64,000 nucleotides of DNA from Poseidonia sp. (lineage in GTDB: Archaea > Thermoplasmatota > Poseidoniia > Poseidoniales > Poseidoniaceae): NCBI GenBank assembly GCA_049600935.1, contig JBMYQB010000003.1, forward strand, positions 9,113 to 73,112. The letters run 5' to 3'. The translations under genes and the position numbers were made by a program. The notes beneath the pieces were generated by a model. That model had not been told where the DNA came from, made no database searches, and saw only the letters and a list, made by a program, of their open reading frames with translations. Positions 9,904-17,640 of this stretch are shown piece by piece; position 1 is the stretch's first letter, and every line of letters starts with the position of its first letter.

Positions 9904-10104
9904 ATGGAGGTTCGCTTTCATGGCAGGGATGTTGACACCACCGTCGAGGTGGAGGCAGGCACGTCGGTGCGTGAAGCGCTTCACCGGGCAGGAGTTCTTC
10001 CGTCGATGGTGATTGTGAGCTATGAAGGGACGGTTCTCCCTCACGCTACGCCCATTCAGCAGAGCGTTGAACTTCTGGTTACCACCATTTCTTCAGGCGG
10101 TTGA
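9904..10104 (+). CDS. Ubiquitin-like ThiS/MoaD (SAMP-type) protein
   Basis: 66 aa, beta-grasp-like pattern (GTSVREAL...VIV...G), C-terminal SGG. Confidence 0.8.
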   Translation: MEVRFHGRDVDTTVEVEAGTSVREALHRAGVLPSMVIVSYEGTVLPHATPIQQSVELLVTTISSGG

Positions 10105-11946
10105 GCGGTCAACTCGCTCAATGATTTGAAGACGAGATTGACGGGTGTAGTCGCATCGTACTTCCGAAGCCCATGCGTCCAATCCTACGTTGGCCACCAC
10201 GACGAGATCACCGACTTCAAGCATACCGTATTGGTGATTCCAATCATCGGCCCATCCTTCAATCTTGCAGGCTCCGCTGTGGTCCATCAGCATCAAGCCT
10301 TTTCGTGACCAGGCTTTTCCGTTCTTTCCCACACCGCTCTTTTCATAGGTATAGACGACGGTCCCTCCGACGTTTTGTTTGGCCTGGTAGTCAAACAGGT
10401 CAAACGATTCAACATCGGGGTCTTCATCGGCTGTGAGTTGGGCAAAGGGGTCCATTTTCAATACGATTTCACCCTTCCAGTTTACCGTAAACACAGCGTC
10501 CTTGACAAGAACCTTGGCTCCCTTCATGGCGGGGACGGCCACGGTTGGGCTACCATCGGACTGTTGAGTAGCTATGACTTGAATATGGGCCATGTGGGTC
10601 CCTTGTTTAAGGGTCATTTTGAGAGGTATGTTGTCCTTTACATAGCCCACTGAGAACAATTCTCCTCGCACGGTCGCACGCGGATTGAGCAACCCAATGT
10701 CTTTTAGCGGCGTACGTTGATTAAACCCTGGAAGTTGGACCGATGACGAAAGTCGCTTCTCATCGGTTCCTTCTCCACCTGGACAAACGGCTCGCCAATC
10801 ACACCGCTTGCACCGAGATTCATTCGGAGCATCCGTTGGCACACCACCGGGGGCAAAGCCTCTCATCGCACGAGGCTCGGGTGGACACGCCTCAAGAAGT
10901 GGGGGCGTTGCCTTCAACTCGTTCCACAACCCCTCCATTTTGGCTTCAATGGCCTCCATGGCCTCAATGGACGGTACGGCAATCGATTTGATGCTTGGAT
11001 GGCCGAGATACCAAATTTGGAGGCCCTCAACGACCTCCTGTCGTTGGTGCGTTACGTACCAAAGCATGGCGTAGATGTTGAGTTGTTCAACATAATCACC
11101 CGATCGGTCGTTGGCTCCGATGCTCGCCTTCAAATCCACGATGACCGGTTTTCCCGTCCACCGATAGACGAGGTCGTATTCGCCTTGGAACCAATGGTCA
11201 GGGTGAATGGCGTTCATGGTGAAGGACGGCGCACCCGGGTCAACAAACCAAGGACGTGCGAGTTCCCATGCTTCGGTCCAAGAAACCGAACCTTTTCCCC
11301 TCAGTGGGTGGCCGCCCTCAAAAGGCTCGTGAGGAAAACCGTCAGGCGAAGGCCACGCTTCTCGGGCTCCGTTTCTCCATGCATGTTTGTTTGGTCCGCC
11401 ATCGGCTCCATGGCATCGCTCCACCTCATCGAGATGGAACCTCAACCCGTTCTCCACCATGGCCAAACAGGAGGCGGTGTTCACTTCCTCCCAGTCGCCT
11501 GCTCTTCGCTCGTCTTTTTCCCATTCCTGCCTCATGCGTTCCAATGCAGGAGGAAGATGGACCTTGCATCGTGCCATGGTCCAGGCCTCAAGGTCGGACT
11601 TCGATTGCGGAAGTTCGTTCGGAAAAAACGGAATCAAGCCCATGGCAGGCCAAACGTACTCATCGCTGGACAGTGGTCTTCCCTCTTCGTCGTAAGGACC
11701 CGAGCCAAGTGCATGAGGGCTGGCATTCGCTGAAACAAATCCGGGGGATTCACGCAGCACGCTGCAGATGGCTTCCTCAACGGCTCGTCCAACAAAGAGC
11801 ACGGGGATTTGCGGCATCTTGAACCGGTAGACTTTCTGGTAAAACCACAGACGTGGGCAGGCCTCGTAGGTGTTGGCTTGACTTGCGGACATTCGGTTGT
11901 AGGGTCCCACGGTATCCCGCTCTTTCTCAGCCATGTGGACCGGCAT
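10093..11946 (-). CDS. PD-(D/E)XK Cas4/AddB-like Fe-S nuclease with C-terminal OB folds (paralog A)
   Basis: SASQANTYEACPR, GEYDLV, IVDLKAS, QLNIYA, CKRCDWRAVC; C-terminal LMLMDHSGACKIEGW OB pattern. Start 11946 or 11934. Confidence 0.85.
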   Translation of the reverse strand: MPVHMAEKERDTVGPYNRMSASQANTYEACPRLWFYQKVYRFKMPQIPVLFVGRAVEEAICSVLRESPGFVSANASPHALGSGPYDEEGRPLSSDEYVWPAMGLIPFFPNELPQSKSDLEAWTMARCKVHLPPALERMRQEWEKDERRAGDWEEVNTASCLAMVENGLRFHLDEVERCHGADGGPNKHAWRNGAREAWPSPDGFPHEPFEGGHPLRGKGSVSWTEAWELARPWFVDPGAPSFTMNAIHPDHWFQGEYDLVYRWTGKPVIVDLKASIGANDRSGDYVEQLNIYAMLWYVTHQRQEVVEGLQIWYLGHPSIKSIAVPSIEAMEAIEAKMEGLWNELKATPPLLEACPPEPRAMRGFAPGGVPTDAPNESRCKRCDWRAVCPGGEGTDEKRLSSSVQLPGFNQRTPLKDIGLLNPRATVRGELFSVGYVKDNIPLKMTLKQGTHMAHIQVIATQQSDGSPTVAVPAMKGAKVLVKDAVFTVNWKGEIVLKMDPFAQLTADEDPDVESFDLFDYQAKQNVGGTVVYTYEKSGVGKNGKAWSRKGLMLMDHSGACKIEGWADDWNHQYGMLEVGDLVVVANVGLDAWASEVRCDYTRQSRLQIIERVDRSTA

Positions 11947-11998
11947 GAAGGGAACAGAGCGCCCACTCTTTTTCAAGGCTGAGTGCGATGAACCTCGT

Positions 11999-13741
11999 TC
12001 ACGATATGGTGAAGGTTTCCAATCGAGTTTTTCGGTTGTCGATTCGAAGCTGCAAAATCCCTGAGCGCCAACCGATTTCAACGCCGGTCATCGCCACGCC
12101 GTCTCCGGGACGCAGACCCAAGAGACGTTGATTGATACTTGAACCGAAGGCCGCAACTTCTGCGACGTGGTGACCGTCCCACAGCATGAGCGTGAGCATG
12201 CTCCATGGTTTTCCATCCACTCGCACCCCAGAACGACGCCGAATGGATACCACATGGCCCTTGACATTGGCCCGGGTCCGCAGCAATCCGAGGCGAGTCA
12301 ATTGAGGGATTTCGTCATCGTTCATCTCACCTGCCGGAGATAACGTGGTGCTTGCATCGACGTAAAGTCGCGGTTGGTCTCGCCAAACGCCCGGAAGAGC
12401 GTCCATCAAAATGATGTCTTTTTCCACGTGTTCATGAAGCGAGGCAAAGGCGCCAGGCTCGCTCTCTTCTACGGTGATGTGTTGTTGACCCACCACCAAA
12501 ACAGCCCCTAAAACAGGTTCTGAGAAGTGGTTGGGCATCGGCCCCCACGCGCCCGTCAATCGGCCTTTTACGCTGACGCGTCCTTGGATATCGCCCAAGG
12601 CAGCATAGGGTGTTTGCATGCTGACTTCGGGAAGCTTCGACACCCATGCAAGATGGTCCGGCACGGTCCACGACCCGTCAGTGGATCGTGCAACGGAGCA
12701 CCAACCGCAACCTGCGGCACCCCCTTCACAGGCAGTTTCAGGCTCGGCGGGAAAGGGCATGACGCCGCTGGCTGTGGTTTGCATGGCGACATGGTGTTCA
12801 TGGTAGGTTTTGGAGAGGGTGTTCATTTCGCTCTTTTTGGGCGTTTCATACGGAACGCGAACGCCTCCATCGAGGTACCAACCCTCCATGCCATGAACCA
12901 CTTCACCTTGCTGAGTTTCATGCCAAAGCCAGGCGTAAAAACGAAGTTGATGCTCAAGCGAAGAAGCGAAGGCAGAGTCTGGTCGGCCTGATTTTATGTC
13001 GACGATACGTATCCTACCATCCCAACGAAGAACCAAGTCCAATTCACCCGAGGCCCAGCCCTCGGGATGATAGAGGCGCTGCGGTTGATGGACTCGAGGG
13101 TCCTTGAACCAAGGGCGAGCGCACTCCCACGCTTCGTTCCAGGTGATTGCAGAACCAGAGGACGACCAAGCAGGCAGGGATGCGGGCGACCATGCCCGCA
13201 TTTCGATGTCCCTCACCTTGTCGGGTAAAGGAAAAACAGGTGCGGTCCCGTGGGCTGGTTCGGGTACGGCAAAGGGCTGCTTGCCGGCTCTTCGGGTCTC
13301 GAGGTGAGGGCCGCCGTTCGATGCATAGCAGGCCTCAACCTCCTCGAAAAAGAGGGCCAACCCACCTGCAAGTCGTTGCTCTAAGGACGAGGTTTCAACG
13401 CTTTCCCAGGCATGCTCGTCGGATTTCCACAGGACTTCATCCCACATCGTCTTGCCCGTATCGTAGGCTCGCTGCGCTGAATTTGAAAGGTGAGCATTGG
13501 CCCATGATTTGAGGGCATCAAGATCGTTGAGGGCCGGAGGGTGCATCATCAACAATTCACACAGCGTGTCTTCCAGAACAACGCCAAGGATTTGTGAGGG
13601 ACGCGTTGGCCCTTGAAGCCCAACTTGGTAGGCAAAAAGCCACTGCTTTGGGCACCGCAAGTACGTGGTCAGGGCGCTCGCAGAGATGCGCCCACGGCTT
13701 CGCCCGAGCGGACCGCCACGGGGGGGAAGGCCTACTGGCAA
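11999..13741 (-). CDS. PD-(D/E)XK Cas4/AddB-like nuclease with C-terminal OB folds (paralog B)
   Basis: SASALTTYLRCPKQ, GELDLV, IVDIKSG, QLRFYA, CEGGAAGCGWC; OB-like C-terminus. Confidence 0.85.
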   Translation of the reverse strand: MPVGLPPRGGPLGRSRGRISASALTTYLRCPKQWLFAYQVGLQGPTRPSQILGVVLEDTLCELLMMHPPALNDLDALKSWANAHLSNSAQRAYDTGKTMWDEVLWKSDEHAWESVETSSLEQRLAGGLALFFEEVEACYASNGGPHLETRRAGKQPFAVPEPAHGTAPVFPLPDKVRDIEMRAWSPASLPAWSSSGSAITWNEAWECARPWFKDPRVHQPQRLYHPEGWASGELDLVLRWDGRIRIVDIKSGRPDSAFASSLEHQLRFYAWLWHETQQGEVVHGMEGWYLDGGVRVPYETPKKSEMNTLSKTYHEHHVAMQTTASGVMPFPAEPETACEGGAAGCGWCSVARSTDGSWTVPDHLAWVSKLPEVSMQTPYAALGDIQGRVSVKGRLTGAWGPMPNHFSEPVLGAVLVVGQQHITVEESEPGAFASLHEHVEKDIILMDALPGVWRDQPRLYVDASTTLSPAGEMNDDEIPQLTRLGLLRTRANVKGHVVSIRRRSGVRVDGKPWSMLTLMLWDGHHVAEVAAFGSSINQRLLGLRPGDGVAMTGVEIGWRSGILQLRIDNRKTRLETFTIS

Positions 13742-13780
13742 TGAACGACCTCCCTGAATGAGAGGATGCAGAAAACCTGT

Positions 13781-15559
13781 TCACGCATCGTAGGAATAGT
13801 AGTCACCACTGGTTCGTTGTTCTCGGTCCTTCCGACTTTCGTTCTTGTTGATTCGAGGGCGTCGTGAATCGTGGTCTCGTCGAAAGGTGACGTCCACGCC
13901 AGCCAAAAATCGGTTCATGCCCTCACGAAGGTTGTAAGGTCCTGTTGCTCGGCCTTCAACGCCGCCTTCGCCCTCGAAAACCAACAAAGAATCGGAGACG
14001 ATATCGATGAAATAGACGTCGTGGTCAATGACGAAGGCTGATTTTTCATTGGCTTCCATCGTCCGGCGGATGGCTTTCGCTGCCTCCATGCGGGCGTTGG
14101 CGTCAAGGTGAGCGGACGGTTCGTCGAGCAGGTAGAGATCAGCGTCCCGGCCCAAACACACCGCAATCGAGACCGCCTGGCGTTCACCACCCGAGAGTTT
14201 CTTGACTCGTTTTGGGAGAAGTTGGTCAATTCCCAACGCCTTGATGACGTTGACGTTGAATTCACCGCTGCGCCATCGTGGCCCCAGCTCGCTGTCCAGC
14301 CAAAGCTGAACCGAACCGTCGATGTCAACATCGATGTGCTGAGGCTTGTACGAAATGGTCGCATCCGCCGTGACCCAGCCTTCGTCGTATTCGTGCTCTC
14401 CTGCGAGGATCTTGATCATCGTTGATTTCCCCGTTCCGTTTGAACCCACGACGCCGACGACCTCGGAGCGATGCACAGCACCTTCTCCTGATGTAAGTTT
14501 AAACTCACCAAGGCTTTTTTCCAGGCCCCCCCAACTCACGACAGGAGTCCCAATCTCCGCTGTTCTATCCCGATGGCGCAAGAATTTGATGGGTTTGTCT
14601 CGAATACGGACGTTTTCTTCCGGCAGAAAGCCATCAAGATAGGTGTTGATGGCCTGACGGGTTGAGCGTGCAGGCGTGAAAATGCCGAAGGCACCTTTCT
14701 TCCCATAGACGATGTGAATCAAATCAGCCAGAACGTCCAAGACGGCTAAATCGTGTTCAATGACGATGACGCGCTTGGTTTCAGCAAGGTCCTGAATGAT
14801 TCGTACGATGCGCATTCGCTCGTGAATATCAAGATAGGACGACGGTTCGTCGAAAAAATAGACGTCGACGTCCCGAAGGATGGTTGCACAGATCGCCATG
14901 CGCTGAAGTTCTCCTCCAGAGAGTTGTTGAACGGTTCGCTGGAGCAGGTGGTCAATGCCCAACGAACGGGTGGTTTGCTCGAGCAACCCTCGCTCGTCCA
15001 CCTTACTGAGAAGTTCGTGAACGGTTCCTTTGATGCGCTTGGGGAGTTTATCCACGTTTTGCGGCTTGAGGGCGACACGAATGCTGCCTTTCTGAATGGC
15101 GATGAAAAAATCACGAAGTTCGCCTTTCGGGAGGGAAGCAATCACGCTCTCCCAATCGGGCTCTTGGTCCAGCCAATCACCAAGATTTGGCGTCATACGG
15201 CCTGAGAGGGCGCTGATGGCCGTTGATTTCCCCATGCCGTTTGGACCGAGAATACCGACCACACTCTCCTTGGACGGCGTGGGAAGGCGGAACAGCCGAA
15301 AGCCGTTCATGGAATAGCGGTGAATCATGTCCGTTTCGAGTTCACTGGGGAGGTTTTCAATGATGAGAGCGTCATGTGGGCACTTGTTGATGCAGATGCC
15401 GCACCCAATGCAGAGGCTTTCGGAAATGTGGGGCTTGCCGGTTTGTTCGTCCATGACAATGCATTCTTGTCCGTTCCGTACCGGGGGGCAAAACACCTGG
15501 CATTCATCGTTGCACTTCTTGGGTTGACAGTTGTCCTCCTTCAGAACTGCAACACGCAT
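13781..15559 (-). CDS. rli: Ribosome recycling ATPase ABCE1/RLI
   Basis: N-terminal Fe-S CQPKKC..EC..FCP and CIGCGICINKCP; two ABC cassettes (GPNGMGKST, GSNGTGKST, LSGGE). Confidence 0.96.
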   Translation of the reverse strand: MRVAVLKEDNCQPKKCNDECQVFCPPVRNGQECIVMDEQTGKPHISESLCIGCGICINKCPHDALIIENLPSELETDMIHRYSMNGFRLFRLPTPSKESVVGILGPNGMGKSTAISALSGRMTPNLGDWLDQEPDWESVIASLPKGELRDFFIAIQKGSIRVALKPQNVDKLPKRIKGTVHELLSKVDERGLLEQTTRSLGIDHLLQRTVQQLSGGELQRMAICATILRDVDVYFFDEPSSYLDIHERMRIVRIIQDLAETKRVIVIEHDLAVLDVLADLIHIVYGKKGAFGIFTPARSTRQAINTYLDGFLPEENVRIRDKPIKFLRHRDRTAEIGTPVVSWGGLEKSLGEFKLTSGEGAVHRSEVVGVVGSNGTGKSTMIKILAGEHEYDEGWVTADATISYKPQHIDVDIDGSVQLWLDSELGPRWRSGEFNVNVIKALGIDQLLPKRVKKLSGGERQAVSIAVCLGRDADLYLLDEPSAHLDANARMEAAKAIRRTMEANEKSAFVIDHDVYFIDIVSDSLLVFEGEGGVEGRATGPYNLREGMNRFLAGVDVTFRRDHDSRRPRINKNESRKDREQRTSGDYYSYDA

Positions 15560-15651
15560 TCCGTCACCCAACCTATCCTCTCGTCTGTTCTATTTTGTTT
15601 CACCTGCCAATTCCCAGCCAAAACCGGGAATCGCAGCCACAGTGCTGTTGC

Positions 15652-16191
15652 TCAAATGAGACCCTTGAGGTGCTCGTGTCCACGGATGAGGCGGATGGTG
15701 CACGGGGTAGGGAACTTCATGCTGGCCTTGCGGAGTGCATCACGGGCCGTGAGGTAGTGAGGAGCGTTGACCTGAATGGAGATCACACGCTGGCCACGCT
15801 TGACACGAGCGGCCGTACCGACGTTCTTTCCGAACGCACATCGCATGCCTTGGGAGACACGGTCTGCACCGGCACCCGTCGCTTGCTTGTTTTCACGAAG
15901 CACGTGGTGGGGGAAGGTGTGGACGCGGAGGGCGTAGCCTTGTGCGCCGGCTTCCTTACGGATGGTGGAGTTGGAGACGACACGAGCTGCTTCAAGGGCA
16001 GTGTGGCGAATCTGAACATCGTTGTCGGCGCGCAGTTCGAGCACGACTTGGAACTGGCCCGTCTCCGCAGCACGTCGGTTTCCGACGTGGTACTGGTGGA
16101 TACGGTTGTTGGGCACACCACCGATGTACTTTCGGCGGGTGTAGGCTGGGCCTTTCAAGCGGCGGTACATCACAGCGGGTTTACGTGCCAT
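15652..16191 (-). CDS. rpl10e: 50S ribosomal protein L10e (uL16)
   Basis: MARKPAVMYR, QIRHTALEAAR, HHVLRENKQATGAGADRVSQGMR.AFGK. Confidence 0.96.
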   Translation of the reverse strand: MARKPAVMYRRLKGPAYTRRKYIGGVPNNRIHQYHVGNRRAAETGQFQVVLELRADNDVQIRHTALEAARVVSNSTIRKEAGAQGYALRVHTFPHHVLRENKQATGAGADRVSQGMRCAFGKNVGTAARVKRGQRVISIQVNAPHYLTARDALRKASMKFPTPCTIRLIRGHEHLKGLI

Positions 16192-16325
16192 AGGTATGCC
16201 TCCAAGCATCCCTGCGACCGATGCTCCCTTTATCATATCTCCGCACGGGCATTGAATCTTCCCGTAGGGAAGTTTCTCGGCGGTTTGAGCAAAGTCTTCA
16301 TGGGGCCGACGCACCAGCCCGATGC

Positions 16326-17531
16326 ATGGCTGATGGGTGGCGCCGGCTTCTCGAAGAGGAATCCGAACATCAATGGCTTACGTTGTCCTTGTTCGCTCTC
16401 TTCGTCGTCTTCGGTGCCTTTGCCATTGATGCTACCGAGCATTTTGTCGGCGACAGAATCACGCCCATCACGACGGAACTTGACGGTGCGCTGGTGGTGG
16501 ACATCGAATACCACGAAAGCAACACCTCCTACACGTCCCTCGTGTACACCCCTGACGCAGGATATCACATGTTTACCGAACATGTTGAGGACAGCACCGT
16601 GATGCAGGTATACAGTCCCGAAACCAACGACCTTGGAGGGCAAGTGAACTTCCTCAAGACCATGCCAGATGGAGAAATCCTCTACTCAGTGGCACCAAAT
16701 CAGTTGATTGGACTCAAAGGCAATACGATGGTGACCTACGATTACAGCTCCATTGACGATGTTTTTTCCATTCACGATGTTGCGGAGTCGACAGGCGATA
16801 CCGCCCAACGAATATTGCTGACGCATGAAGGGGCGGACGCCTCCTTTCGTGGTGTTTCCGGCATGACCCCTACCGAACCGATGTCAACCTCTTCCGGTGT
16901 CAAATGGCACGCTGTCGAACACCACTCTGAAGGACTGTGGATGGCGCTTGGCACACACATCAGCACCTCCGGCGCCGACGGTTCAAGCCCTGCAACACCT
17001 CAACCCCGCCCAGTTTTGGGGTGGATCACCTGGTCGGGAGATGCCTCGACTCCAGTGCTTCGAAACGTGCAGATGTTTGGTACAGGCCTGTTCCATTCCT
17101 TCGCCCACGGCGGGGATGACATCATCGTTGGCGGAACCGTGGAAAGCCTGGTCGTCTCTTCTGACCAGAGCGTGAGTTCCGTCAATGCACCTGCAGCAAA
17201 AGTGGTGAACGATATGGATGGAACCGTTTGGTTCATCGGACCGATTGGCTCAACCTCGCTTGCAACCTACCATCAGGGGGTGCTCGAACACCACCAACTG
17301 AGCCGACCTGTACCGGTTGACGTTTCGGATGCCGGCGCCCAGGGAGACCACGTGCACGTGCACGGCGTGAACGAGGATGGAAATCCAATTCAATGGTCCA
17401 TTGACATCACAGCAAACGGTTCTATAGAAAGTGGACGGGGTTTCCTCAACCTCCTGTTTTTGCTCGGTGGCGGCGTGATGCTTGCGACCATGGCAAAGTA
17501 TGCCATCGACCAGCTTCGGTATACTGCATAA
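16326..17531 (+). CDS. Hypothetical membrane-anchored protein (N- and C-terminal TM, beta-rich middle)
   Basis: Hydrophobic helices at both ends; likely start MADGW. Confidence 0.6.
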   Translation: MADGWRRLLEEESEHQWLTLSLFALFVVFGAFAIDATEHFVGDRITPITTELDGALVVDIEYHESNTSYTSLVYTPDAGYHMFTEHVEDSTVMQVYSPETNDLGGQVNFLKTMPDGEILYSVAPNQLIGLKGNTMVTYDYSSIDDVFSIHDVAESTGDTAQRILLTHEGADASFRGVSGMTPTEPMSTSSGVKWHAVEHHSEGLWMALGTHISTSGADGSSPATPQPRPVLGWITWSGDASTPVLRNVQMFGTGLFHSFAHGGDDIIVGGTVESLVVSSDQSVSSVNAPAAKVVNDMDGTVWFIGPIGSTSLATYHQGVLEHHQLSRPVPVDVSDAGAQGDHVHVHGVNEDGNPIQWSIDITANGSIESGRGFLNLLFLLGGGVMLATMAKYAIDQLRYTA

Positions 17532-17640
17532 TTCATCCACCTCCTTTCAAAATCAGGCGTTCCAAGCCATCATCTTGAGAACCTTCATGTGCCCTCGTCG
17601 TTGTTGAGGTATCCCAGCGTAAGCCATGGAGTGTGCAACG

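Noticed and set aside
10093..13741. CRISPR-Cas locus suggested by Cas4-like genes
   Set aside because: No repeat-spacer array and no cas1/cas2 or other cas genes in the window; neighbours are housekeeping genes.
15595..16602. 335-aa plus-strand ORF
   Set aside because: Antisense shadow of rpl10e; no recognisable motifs.
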